From positions 188,976,001 through 189,040,000 of the forward strand of contig OX597814.1 in the NCBI GenBank assembly GCA_951406725.2: DNA of 64,000 bases, read 5' to 3'. Shown piece by piece: positions 13,463-26,553 of this stretch. The stretch is from Octopus vulgaris (taxonomy: Eukaryota). Position 1 is the first letter of the stretch; each line of letters opens with the position of its first letter. Under the pieces are notes generated by a model. It searched no databases and was not told the origin of the DNA. It saw only the letters and a program-made list of their open reading frames with translations. The position numbers and the translations under genes are program-made.

Positions 13463-14329
13463 AAATGAAGACTTAATATATTTGAATCATACCATTTCGC
13501 AGTGTAACTTTTCAGGCCTTTGACTAAGAGACTAAACTAGAAAATTAATTGGTGGTTATATCTTTCTGTGAGGATAACAGGATGTATAAATAATAAAAAG
13601 TAAAATAAGTACTTCAGTATAACGGGATACGCCAATAGGTCTAGAAAAAGAGGGAGTGATAGTGCCATAACGTTTAGAAATAATCATAATATTTCTTAAG
13701 ATTACGTAAATAACACTAATAAATATTTATCCAAATAATATGCCCATAAATTAATTACATTTATTTACTTACTGATATATTGTAAAGACTAACCACCTAT
13801 AGTCCGTAATGGGATTGGCCAAAGTCCAGCCATCAATATAAATGGTCCGTTAAATTTAAACCCAAGGCTGTATCATATGAGCATAATATGCTTGTATATG
13901 TATGCCTAGGGTTAACATAGGTAATTTATACCGGGAGGAAAACGGATATTCTTATCCCTTACACGATTATTCCAACCGCTAACTCTACTAACCTTTGATA
14001 TACCTCGTCCACTTCTTACTTATCTTCTATTCTGTATATATTACACTTTAATAAATATGTATACCGATAATAGAAATAAGTATTAAAATGAATGCTACCG
14101 GTAAAATTGAGAAAATTAAGATTGACCCACCCCTAAAAGACATTCCTATCCCTCCTAAGAACATCTGTCATAAAGAACTCATATCAGTGATTTTACCCAT
14201 AGAATACGTTGGAAAAACCACTACTCCGACAGGAAACATGAGCCATCTTACTCTGACACCAATACCAACGCCAACACCAACACCAACACCAGGTAATGGT
14301 GCCTTGATATTGGTTTATCTGGGATCTTG

Positions 14330-15260
14330 GATAACAGGAAATCAAGATGTTTCTTGAAAATGTCTACCCCTACTCCATGGATATTCCTGAGATGCTTTAG
14401 CAAGTCATTAAATAACTGTGGGCTCTTGAATCACAGGGTATTGCAGTATATGATCCTAACCTTAGATGGGACAGCTGGGACTTATGGAACAGTGCAGTGA
14501 GGTCCAATTCAGGGTCTAGAATAAATCTCAATTCCCAAGTTTGGGGTCAGCCCCTTCAGTATCTTCCACACATATTTCACTGCATACCTGTCCCATCTTC
14601 GCTCTAGGGAGTAGTGTCGTAGCTCTTTCAGACTCTCCCAGTAGCTCAGCTGTTCCATTGATGCAATCTTCCTTGTGTAGCATCGCTGAACCTTCTCAAG
14701 TTCCGCTATCAATCCGGCACTGTAAAGTGACCACAACCGAGAACAGTAGTCCAGACAGATGGGGACAAATATCCTTCATAGGACCAGCATAGTTTCCTAG
14801 TCCCTTGTTCTGAATGTTCTCAGAATCCATTCGGCCATTCACCGTCACACTGCCATCATGTTGGTGATATGTATGTGAGACGAGGCATCGTTGCTCATAT
14901 CAATCCCAAGATCACGCACCGTATGTTATTCTGGAATTGCAGCTTCTTTTGATCCAGAATATCATTGTTGCGACTTTTGAGCATCACTTAGCTAGTAGCG
15001 GAGGGCTTGGAATTTGCTTGCATTAAATTGCATGTTGCTGTACTCAGCCCATTTATATATGGCTTCTAGGTCTTTCTGTAGAAGATTACCATCAGAAGGT
15101 TCATTGACTGCTTGCACTACTTTTGTGTTGTCGGCATAGCTAGTAAGTGTGGCTATCTGGTTAACTGATGGCACGTCTGAAAGAGTCACCATGAGCAGCA
15201 GCCCCCCTAATACAGTTTCCTCAGACACTGCACACTCTATTACTGCCTCCTTGGAGACAG
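14330..15260 (-). mobile_element. CR1/L2-group LINE reverse transcriptase relic, 5'-truncated
   Basis: YADNTK, LQKDLEAIYKWAEYSNMQFNASKFQALRY and ELEKVQRCYTRKI...SLERRWDRY; stops and frameshifts present. Confidence 0.9.
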
Positions 15261-15335
15261 TAATATATATATAAGTGAGTGTGTTAAACTAAGTGGTATA
15301 TACAGGTGCTTACAACTATCAAGTATTTACCCTGA

Positions 15336-15390
<55 letters not shown>

Positions 15391-15547
15391 TGTGTGTGTG
15401 TGTGTGTGTGTGTGTGTATTTGTGTGTGTGTGTATGTATGTATGTGTATGTAGGTATGTATATATATATATATATATACATATATATCATATATATACAT
15501 ATATACATATATTTGCATACACACATATGCACACACGGATATATATG

Positions 15548-15605
<58 letters not shown>

Positions 15606-16097
15606 CCTTCATACATACATACGTATATACATATTTATACATACGTCCATACTTATATACCTGCGTGCATACAGTTTTACATTCGTGTGTTTTACAAGAT
15701 GGATGCAATTATGTGTCGCTTGAAAATTTATTTCCTGCATTTAGAATCACGCAGATTTTTCCTAGATGACTAATTAGAACGAGCCATCATAGATTGGCTA
15801 CAAGATTTTGATAACGCCTAGGTGATAATGAACGAGTTTTGGAAAAGAATATGATAAAATCTTTCCTGCCGACAACAGTATTTTGCCAAATGGAGAATGA
15901 AAGGGAAAATTATTTAATTGAGCATAAAGCTAGGAATAAATTTCCATGAAATTCTATCAAGTAAGTAAAGTAGATGCCTTAAACAAGACTAAATTTGTAT
16001 TCAAATCCTAAAATACGTAACTCGTCTAGTTATATGCTAACCACTCTACAATAGTCCGTTAGTGCTAAGCGATCAACAAGAAAGATAGTTCCATCTA

Positions 16098-16137
16098 CTG
16101 ACGTCAGCGCGTCACGTGCACAGTGGCGCCATCACTG
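16098..16137. promoter_or_regulatory. Candidate cis-regulatory cluster (CRE plus E-box)
   Basis: CTGACGTCAG palindrome immediately followed by GTCACGTG and GGCGCCAT, in a CpG-rich patch within AT-rich unique DNA. Confidence 0.4.
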
Positions 16138-16913
16138 CAAGTTCGTTTTGCTGATATATACTTTCTATCATTTTTCATCACCAAATTTTATTTTAGTTCA
16201 TTTTATTTTAATTTCTTTTTCTTTAATTATTATTTCTTACTACCCTCAAAAGACGTCTTCACAGAATCAAGAATCAAAAAAATAAAATAAAATAAATCAT
16301 AACAACACAAAACAAATAATAATAAAAATAATTCAGCAAAGTTGCTTCAATGTTCTTCTGTTATCAAGTTCTATGTGTGTGTATATAAATATATATTTAT
16401 TCATATATGTATGTGCATGTATATATATGCACGCACACACAAACACACACATATGAACAAGCGTGCGCACACAAGCACACACACCTTAACACACATACTC
16501 ACACATATGCAAAGACACGGGGGCAAACAGACGCATACACATAAAAATTCTCCCCCTTCTTTCTCTCTCACATATACATATGCACACACTTCTGTATGTG
16601 CTATTTGATTCCGAAGAGTGTCCGTCTCTTCACTTTCTGTCAGAATATATCAACCGAAATAAAGTTACATTAGAACACATTTCCATAAAGTGTTAGAGAG
16701 TGTAATCGAAAAATAAGCACGTGGATACGAAAAGAATTCCTTAATCGTATGCTCCAATTATACGGGTTTCTAGATTTTGCACAGTCCACCAAAATACAAC
16801 TGTTTGTAGCGTGTTGGTGGGCAAATATGATGATCATTGTTTGTGTGGGATCATGTCTATTATTCAAACACACATAGACACACGCACATACACAAAAGCA
16901 TACACACACATTA

Positions 16914-17044
<131 letters not shown>

Positions 17045-17099
17045 TTGTCTATCTATCAGTGTGTGTGTGCATACATATATATATATATACGGTGGAGGC

Positions 17100-17194
17100 G
17101 CAATAGGCCAGTGTTTAGGTAGACGGAAACTGAAAGAAGCCCATCGTACGAATATGTGTATGCGTGTATGTTTGCGTGTGTGTCTGTATATATG

Positions 17195-17273
<79 letters not shown>

Positions 17274-17540
17274 GTGTGTGAGTGTGGTGTGCGTGTATAT
17301 ATATTTGTGTGTGTGTCTTTGTGTCTGTGTTTGTCCATCTATTATCGCTTGACAACCGATGTTTGTGTGTTTACGTCCCCGTAATATAGCGGTTCGGCAA
17401 AAGGCACCGATAGAACAAGTACTAGGCTAAGAAAGAATAAGTCCTGGGGTAAATGTGTTCGCTCAAAAGAAACACTTTAAGGCGGTGCTCCAGCATGGCC
17501 TGGCCACAGTAAGATGACTGAAACAAGTAAATGAATAAAA
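17100..17540 (+). mobile_element. SINE family B, internally deleted
   Basis: Match from GGTAGACGGAAACTG to the tail. Confidence 0.8.
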
Positions 17541-17802
17541 TAATGTATGTATGCATGTATATATATGTATACACTCACGCATGCGTAAGTCGTGTATGGC
17601 AGTGACACCTTACTTAGTATGCCAGCAGCACAATAATTTGACGAATACTTGTATCTTGAAATGACTCAGACTATTGAATACGAAGCGCAAAGTTTGAATT
17701 GCAATATTCTCTAAAGTGCATTTGTATTAGTTTGAAATATCTTTTGAATTTGTGCTAAAATAACAAGTTTATGTACATAGAATACTATATGTTACTATGT
17801 TT

Positions 17803-18219
17803 AGGCGGCGAGCTGGCAGAAACGTTAGCACACCGGGCGAAATGCGTAGCCGTATTTCGTCTGTCGCTACGTTCTGAGTTCAAATTTCGCCGAGGTAGAC
17901 TTTGCGTTTCATCCTTTCGGGGTCGATTAAATAAGTACCAGTTACGCACTGGGGTCGATGTAATGGACTTAATCCGTCTGTCTGTCCTTGTTTATCCTCT
18001 CTGTGTTTAGCCCCTCGTGGGTAGTAAAGAAATAGGTATTTCGTCTGCTGTTACGTTCTGAGTTCAAATTCCGCCGAGGTGACTTTAACTTTCATCTTTT
18101 CAGGGTCGACAAATTAAGTACAAGTTACGCACTGGGGTCGAAGTAATCGACTTAAACCCTTTGTCTGTTCTTGTGTGTCTCCTCTATGTTTAGCTCCTTG
18201 TGGGCAATAAAGTAATAAG
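17803..18219 (+). mobile_element. SINE family A, tandem dimer
   Basis: Second unit begins at GGTATTTCGTC; TSD-like ATACTATATGTT on both flanks. Confidence 0.9.
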
Positions 18220-18753
18220 CATACTATATGTTGAATATATTTAGTGATAGATGCAGTTAATTAGAATTCGATATATATGGATATGTGGATGTGTAATAGC
18301 TCATTTAAAAAAAAATTTGATTACAAATATTTCATATACTCAACCTTATATTTAATGTAAGTATACGCGATACTGCATGTAGAGCAAATCTGATAATTTC
18401 TACAAAAATTTCTATGAGTATAACATCATTAGGCAAATTGTTTGCATACACATACGTACGTGTATATATACATACACACATACGTACGTACGTACATACA
18501 TACATACATACATACATACATACATACATACATACATACATACATACGTACATACGTACATACGTACGTACGTACGTAGTCGACCAACGAGATTCAGTGA
18601 TAGTCAGTATAGCAGACATTTAGTAGTGCTCAAAAGGTTCAAACTGAGACGCCGATGTCTTTACAGGGGACCAGTACCAGGAGGTAAAGAATGGCTTTAA
18701 GAGGGATCAAGTTGAGCAGATACAGAAGCAATTATGTGAATAAGCAAATTAGA

Positions 18754-19172
18754 TACATTAAATATATTAAATATAATAGTTTGGGTATGAAATACAAAAT
18801 ATGTATATTTGTATATATGCAAAATGAGATAGCAAAAAGTGGAGACTTTGAGATGATGAATTTTTAATTATAATTATACAGATATTTATAGTAATAGGTC
18901 CAACTTACACAGAGTACAAACGACAAGCAGAATTAAAGGGTGGAAGAAAACTATTGGATTTATACCAACTTTCTTCCACCCCTTTAGTTTTCTCTGTCGT
19001 TTATCCTCTGTGTAAGACGGATCTATTAATATAAATATCTATATATATTTATACTTAGAAACTCATCATCCGAAAGTCTCTACCTTTTGCTTTCTCTCAT
19101 TTTGCATGTATACATATATATACACATTCTGTATTTCATTTTCAAACTATTAGATTTAATATATCTAATGTA
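18754..19172. repeat. Diverged inverted repeat, ~200-bp arms
   Basis: Reverse-complement matches include GGGTGGAAGAAA/TTTCTTCCACCC, CTTACACAGAG/CTCTGTGTAAG and TGCAAAATGAGA/TCTCATTTTGCA. Confidence 0.85.
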
Positions 19173-19423
19173 ATTTATTTATCCGCATAATTGCCTCTAC
19201 ATACATACGTACATAAATACATAAATACATACATACATACATACATACATACATACATACATACATACATACATACATACATACATACATACACACAAAC
19301 ATAGAAAAATACCATGTTGTTGATGTTGGAATTCCAATGAAGGAACCTTGGATCTAGGTTAGTGACCGGCTCTTTCTCCATTGGCAAAAAACCTTGAAAC
19401 AAAATGAATAAGGACATACAGAC

Positions 19424-19481
<58 letters not shown>

Positions 19482-19573
19482 CATACATATGTATATATAT
19501 ACATACATATATATACACATACATACACATATATATATATATACACTTATATATATATATATATATAAAATCA

Positions 19574-19631
<58 letters not shown>

Positions 19632-19834
19632 AGTAATTGAATGAATTATCTTATTAAGGATAATTCGAAAGATAACCGATACCTGGGTAGCAAATTCACA
19701 TCAGAAAGAACACGGTTGAAGCTACGTCCCTAGGGCATAGACTACGTGTCTTCGTGCGGAAATTTGTATGTTTATTTTAAAATTATAAGTATATGAAAGA
19801 ATGGAGTTGAACGACTAGTTAACAAATATCCTTT

Positions 19835-19919
19835 ATTCTCGACATATGTTTTGAAGGCTGCATATTCCTAATTCCGAAGGAATAAGGAGTACATTATGCA
19901 GATTTCTCTTCAGGAAAAT
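19835..19919 (-). ncRNA. Mirror copy of the 20041 hammerhead with a G12A substitution (probably inactive)
   Basis: Same sequence in the opposite arm, but GAAA reads AAAA. Confidence 0.75.
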
Positions 19920-20040
19920 CAAGGAAACTTATGTCGACATTAAAATGCACAAAAAGAGACACTCATTATCGCCATGGGCTCCTTGAGAGCGGTCAACTAA
20001 ACGTTTTTTGTGCATTTTAATGTCGACATAAGTTTCCTTG

Positions 20041-20125
20041 ATTTTCCTGAAGAGAAATCTGCATAATGTACTCCTCATTCCTTCGGAATTAGGAATATGC
20101 AGCCTTCGAAACATATGTCGAGAAT
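20041..20125 (+). ncRNA. Type I hammerhead ribozyme, intact core
   Basis: Helix I AUUUUC/GAGAAU, CUGAAGA, helix II GAA/UUC plus CUGCAUA/UAUGCAG, GAAA, palindromic helix III ACAUAUGU, triplet GUC. Confidence 0.85.
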
Positions 20126-20710
20126 AAGGGATATTTGTTAACTAGTCGTTCAACTCCATTCTTTCATATACTTATAATTTTAAAATATATATATATGTAT
20201 ATGCATGATTTTGTGCCCCACTATTGCCTGACAACTAGGGGGTTGGTTTCTTTATGCCCGCATAACGCAGCGTTTTGGTAACAGAGTTTGATAGAATAAG
20301 CACCAGAAAAGTAGTTCGGTCGAATAGTTCCATTAAACTTTTCAGGGTGGTTCTCTAGTACTGCTGCAGTCCAATGACAAACGCAAGTACAACATTAAAA
20401 GGATTTTCATCCTTACAACCCCAATCACTGTGCTAATGCTCAGAACACGAAGAAGAACGAAATGCCGCAAAGCATTTGGTCCAGCGTGCAAACGATTCTG
20501 CCAGCCCACCGCCTTTAGCTATTAATTAGTAATATATCATAATGTACTATTTGATCTGGTATAGAGGCCGTAAATAAACTCTTCAGGAGATGAATGAGAG
20601 ACCATAGAGAATTATTAAGTAGTAATAGTGCTTAATGTGTTTGTCGTATTCAAAATCTAAATATCGATCTAAAGGTAAGTAAATTATGGGAAAGTAAATA
20701 TAGTGTAGAA

Positions 20711-20867
20711 GTGGCTGTGTGGTAAGTAGATTGCTTATCAACCACATGGTTCCACATTCAGTCCCACTGTGTGGCACCTTGGGTAAGTGTCTTCTACGAT
20801 AGCCTGGAGCCGACCAAAGCCATCTGAGTGGATTTGGTAGACGGAAACTGAAAGAAGCCCGTCGTAC

Positions 20868-20931
<64 letters not shown>

Positions 20932-21120
20932 ATGTATTTGTATGTCTGTGTTTGTCCCCACAACATTGCTTGACAACCAATGCTGGTGTGTTTACGTCCC
21001 CGTAACTTAGCGGTTCGATAGAAGAAGTACTGGCCTTACAAAGAATACGTTTTGGTATCGATTTGCTCGACTAAAGGCGGTGCTCCAGCATGACTGAAAC
21101 AAGCAAAAGAGTGAAAGAGT
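20711..21120 (+). mobile_element. SINE family B
   Basis: Near full-length match. Confidence 0.88.
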
Positions 21121-22990
21121 AGTGAATATAAACATACGAAATTTGATTTGAGAGGGAGAGAGAAAGAGGGAGAGGGAGATGGAGAGAGAGAAAGAAATTC
21201 CGAGAAAGACTTGTGAAAAGTTTGGCAGAGTTAAAGCCAAATACATGCGTGGTTCATTGCTAAGTTCCATATACTAATGTATATGATCATATCCACACAC
21301 ATCACTACAAACACATATACAAATATATATATATATATAGTATTATATATGTGTTTGTATGTGTGATATGTTTATTACTGTACGAGAGCTGTATAATCCA
21401 TAGGTTAAAACTCTAGATTTATATAGGCATGCGTTTTATAAAATTGTTTATATGCGCATATAAATTGAGGTGAATTAAAATTAGTTAGATGTACGTTTAA
21501 GTCATACTTAAGAAGTTATATATATTCTTAAGTTTTAAGGGAATTGACATGTTAATATATTTATAACACCTTCCACTAAAAGTGCTAATTTCGGGTCAAA
21601 TATTAAAGGTAAAATGTCTGAAGTATTTACACTGGAAACTATTTCAACTAAAATATTTAATAAGTCATTTAATATTCATTTTCGATTACCTGCATAGCTT
21701 TTGATCTTAGTTTAATCAATGATTTGTTCCCGAATATTTCAAAAGCAGTTTGACACTAATTAGTGTTAGTAATTATTCTATCGAAAAGAGCTGTAAGGTT
21801 AGCGTACATGATAAAACAACGAAAGAGTGTATAGTGTGTTTTTCTGGTTATGAGTTCATATCATGCCAGTTACCGTTTTGGCGACGGTTTAGCCATATAT
21901 CCACACTATAATTAAGATCTTACGGTTTTTCTTAAATTATAAAATTTTTAACTATGTTACACCGACCAACGCATCGTTCATCCTTATAATTGGCTCGGCA
22001 AGATGTAACTTGATGGTTTGACAGTTGGATATAGAAAGACGAACGACTACCTAGAGTCTCTACTGACTCGTACAAACACCAGTGATACATTGTAGTCATT
22101 TCATCAAATTCACTTTAAGTGTGAAATATATATTTTTTCTCCTCATGAAAACAAATACACAAAGACGAATCTGTTTAATATATTATAAATAGTAGTTGAA
22201 ATTTCTGGTGTATATTAAATAATGTTTACGAAGATGTGCAGGAAGAATTGTTAGGGCGTTGGAGAAAATGCTGAGCAACACTTTTTCCGGTTCCTAACAC
22301 TCTAGTTGAAATTCCACTGGGGCCGATTTTGCATTTCATCCTTTCGGGGTTGGTAAAATAAGTGCCAGTTGAGTACTGGGCCCAGTGTAATCGACATCCT
22401 TCTTCTTATCATTGCAGCCCTTGTGATAAAAGGAATATATTAAATACTCTTGCAGATATGCGAATTATCGAAGCTGTCAGAGCATCGAACAAAATGCTAT
22501 GTGATGTATAGTAAGTTTTCTTGCTTTCTAAGTTCAAATTCTACTAAAATCAATATCTCTTTTCATCGTTCGGGGGCGATCATAAAAATCAATCGTCTAT
22601 AACAATGAAATCCTTTGAGCATTATACGGAAAGCCTCGCGTTATTGGTCTCGGCTCTTTGCTTTCTGAATATATATCCAGCCCTTACCAATTTAATAACA
22701 GCAGCTAGTCTTTGGGTATTTTTAATGGAGCCCACTCGGTTGTAAGAATTCCAAATAGATTTTCATTTTAAGGTGCCATTTGTGATATCTTTTACTCAAA
22801 GCTATGAATTTTTCAGCACCCCCTTGTAAGGCCAAGAGGATCATGTGGCTACTTTGGCTCTTAACAGAGTATAGTATATCGTATCATATATAATTGTTTT
22901 TGTAGCAGCAGCAGCAGTAGCAGTAGTAGTAGTAGTGGTGGTGGTGGTGGTGGTGGTAGTAGCAGCAGTAGCAGTAGCAGCAGCAGCATC

Positions 22991-23027
<37 letters not shown>

Positions 23028-23579
23028 ATAGTAGTAGTAGTTTAGCTCTTGGTCAAATTGAACGGGAGGCCAAACGACAGCATTTCAGCCGTCACCATCT
23101 CTTTTAACGGTGTAGACAGGAAACAGGCTGTTATGTATCTGTATTTTTAGACGAAAAGATGTCATTTCATGATCTTGTTTTAAGAGGTAGCCAGGAATCT
23201 AAGCCCTTGTGTGTTTTTCTTATGTTTAGATGGTTGTGTATGGTTTGAATGATATCTGGTTGCTATTTCTAACATAACTGGCAATCACGTAGAAGTTCCC
23301 TGGGTAGAATCTATCGTGAAGTGTTGTATCACATTAATATGCGCCAAACATACAATCTATTGTTAGTGTGTTCACGCTTATATCAATGTCAACTGGGGGA
23401 TAGGCAAAATCGGCAAAAAAGAGTTGGCAAATGCCCTATGCAGATAGAACACAGTATTTTGATGTGTTAAAACACCTAAGTTGCTTACTGTTTACATACC
23501 GTTTTGTGGGAGAATTAGTGGTGGTGTGGGAATGTGTAAATATTGTAGTGTACTCATTAAGAGGGCACAATTACAAATG

Positions 23580-24480
23580 TCAATGCACTCGTTGTGGCAG
23601 GCGATGATATAATTTATCTGCTGAGTCAAAGCACAACTTTAACAACATTACGCTGCTTATAATATTTTAGTCAGATACAAGACAATAAGCATAATGAAAT
23701 TCAAGATTGCTTGATCAATAGTTGACTTCTGAAGATAAATCAACAATTGTTTATTTCTCTCAAGAGAAGTCAACTAAAGTAGCCGATAATTTTCACAGCT
23801 AATGGTTTATAACACGATTTTAAGTTTATTTTCTCGATACTTCTCGAATGAATTTGAATCGACCAGATATCGATAGTACTTTCTGCACTTAATCCATCAA
23901 GATCGCGTATATTTGTGGTCGCAAAATCACATGAATTTGCTAGTTTGGAAAAATATTCGGAAATATATTTCATAATTGCTCTGTCATCTCCGAACCAATT
24001 GAATCAAGAAATTTAGTTTGTGAGACCAACCGTGTAATAACATCTGATCATCAAGTTCAAAGACGCAAATGATGACAGAAAATTCTTCTAATTGAGATCA
24101 CGCAACCCTTACTAAACAGTAATAAATCCAACGTTATAATTTTCTCTGACATAAAATTCTTTGACAAGGACATTTAAATCCGGGAGCGAACTATCATGCT
24201 TAAATATAGAAGTGGCTAAAATATCCCTTGCAAAATTAATATAAATATAAACTGTTCATAATACATGATATACAGGTGAATGTGCAATTAAACCAGTAAT
24301 CTTATTAAGATAGATAACATATGTAATGGGATAAAATGATTTGGTTCTTTGAATGCCTGTGCTGATTTTTAAAAGTAATCTTGCCATTGTCGTTGGGATA
24401 TACAAATACGTTATCAGTTCATACAGACAAGTTGACTAATTTGAAACTGGATTCTCAGACAACTATTTTGATGAGTGCTT
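23580..24480 (-). mobile_element. Highly decayed hAT (Charlie/FAM200-like) transposase relic
   Basis: Scattered remnants FSKGCV, VFELDDQ, KYISEYFSKL and QLVDLSS resemble WLSKG-VL / FEL / YLSDIFSKL / QLIDLSSD, in the expected order. Confidence 0.45.
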
Positions 24481-24509
24481 CGAAGAATAGATGCCGAAAG
24501 ACTTCCTAG

Positions 24510-24646
24510 TAGGAGTGGCTGTGTGGTGAGTAGGTTGCTACGAACCACATGGTTCCGGGTTCAGTCCCACTGCGTGGCACCTTACGCAAGTGTCTTCTTC
24601 TATGGCCTCGGGTCGACCAAAGTCTTGTGACTGGATTTGGTAGATG

Positions 24647-24689
<43 letters not shown>

Positions 24690-24920
24690 ATGTGTGTGTG
24701 TGTGTTTGTTTGTGTATATGTGTTTGTCCCCCCAACATCGCTTGACAACCGATGCTGGTGTGTTTACGTCCTCGTAACTTAGCCGTTCGGCAAAAGAGAC
24801 CGACTCAATAAGTACTAGGCTGACAAAGAGTAATTCCTCGGATCGATTTGCTCGACTAAAGCCGGTGCTCCAACATGGCCATAGTCAAATAACTGAAACA
24901 AGTAAAGGAATAAAAGAGTA
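24510..24920 (+). mobile_element. SINE family B
   Basis: Near full-length match. Confidence 0.88.
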
Positions 24921-25260
24921 TCAATAAACAGATTAACAGATATCAGTGTCGGTCAAGAATCTGGTGCAGCAAACTTTGGACAAACTTGTTTAATGTATAC
25001 TGACTTTTTACGTATGCGATTTTATAGTAGCTTATAAATCTTTATTAAACATAACTATTATTTAAATTGTGCTCAAGTGCAGGGAATATAAATTGAGAGA
25101 GGTGGGAATTCGAATATTTGTAGTGTTATCATGGCAATAACCATTGCCGTAGCCCAATTAAAACAGCTTCCGCTTTACACATATCATGACTGACCAATAT
25201 TTGAAAGTTACTAATATTAATGATTATGAATATTTCTCTCTCTTTCTCTCTTTCTTTCTT

Positions 25261-25297
<37 letters not shown>

Positions 25298-25510
25298 TAC
25301 ACACACATACACATACACACGGATATATACGCAAGTTAGACATAACGAATTACAATACCCAAACGGGAAAGTTCAATAAATATATAAAGAACATATTCTT
25401 GCGGATACTTATGTGAGCGATGTGTGTGTGTATGTATGTATGTATGTATGTATGTATGTATATATGTATGTATTTATGTATGTATGTATGTATGTATGTA
25501 TGTATGTATG

Positions 25511-25541
<31 letters not shown>

Positions 25542-25668
25542 GTATCTATCTACCTATATATAAAAAATTGGATACGGGTAGAAATTGATATTAATCAATT
25601 AAAACCAGTGGCCTAGCATATTAAAGAAATCCGAAGATTAAAGTTCTGGAAATTGTTTGTATACGACA

Positions 25669-25747
25669 GACTATGCTGATGAGCTTTCAGATTTCCACGT
25701 ATCCATATGCGTGGATATTAACAAGCGAAACTGATCGGTACATAGTT
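25669..25747 (+). ncRNA. Type I hammerhead ribozyme, intact core
   Basis: Helix I GACUAUG/CAUAGUU, CUGAUGA, helix II GCUU/AAGC with distal hairpin UCCACGUAU/AUGCGUGGA, GAAA, helix III ACU(GAUC)GGU, triplet GUA (cleavage predicted after 25740). Confidence 0.9.
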
Positions 25748-25917
25748 AATCGTTATTATTTCGTATATTTTCATTTGTCTTGCTTATTTTTTACACTTTG
25801 GTTTTGTGCTGAGTTTTTACTTGAGAACACATTCTTCGTGGAAAATAGCGATTTTGACGTCTATATCTAGCATATTGACCGCCCACTTTTAGTGGTCAGT
25901 CCTTTAAATTTTGTATG

Positions 25918-25957
<40 letters not shown>

Positions 25958-26097
25958 CACACACAGACATATATATACCTACATAAATAGATAATACATG
26001 TATATGTATGTACATACATAATACATACTCACACACACGCACACACACATATATATATATATATATATACATACTTGCATGCATATATATATATATA

Positions 26098-26205
26098 TAT
26101 ATTCTGTTGTGTCTGGGGAGAGTCTCCCCAGACACAACAGAATATACAACACACGAACTCATATAAAGAATCTTGCAAACCAAATCCCAAAACGATATAT
26201 ATATA
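26098..26205. repeat. Perfect palindrome (24-bp arms) within a dispersed repeat
   Basis: TATATTCTGTTGTGTCTGGGGAGA-G-TCTCCCCAGACACAACAGAATATA; relatives at ~7500-7580 and ~11300-11470. Confidence 0.85.
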
Positions 26206-26507
26206 TTCTATTTGATCCGTTCAACGGAAAAGCCTCCTCGTGAAACTAACGTGCAAGTGGCTGAGCACTCCAAAGACACGCGTACTCAACTTCCTTCGGA
26301 AGGAGATCCAGTGTGACAAGACTGCCCCTTTAAAGTGACAAGGATGGACCTTTGAAGTACTACTCGTTTTCGCCAGCTGAGTGAACTGGATAAACATAAA
26401 ATAAAGTGCCTTGCTTAAGAATACAACCCGTCGCTGAACTCGCTAATTTACGATCGTGAGCCATGCGCCTTCACACACACACACTAAGCCATGTGCTTTT
26501 ACACACA

Positions 26508-26553
<46 letters not shown>

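Larger units (their letters stand above)
12990..13990. mobile_element. Ancient dispersed element, copy 2, interrupted by a SINE
   Basis: Shared blocks CGTTTCTGCyTCCAATG, TCATCAGA, GTCTAGAAAAAGA, TACTTACTGAwATATTGTA and CGGATATTCTTATCCCTTA. Confidence 0.65.
19773..20187. repeat. Near-perfect inverted repeat, 183-bp arms, 49-nt spacer
   Basis: Arms 19773-19955 and 20005-20187; three mismatches counted by eye. Confidence 0.95.
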
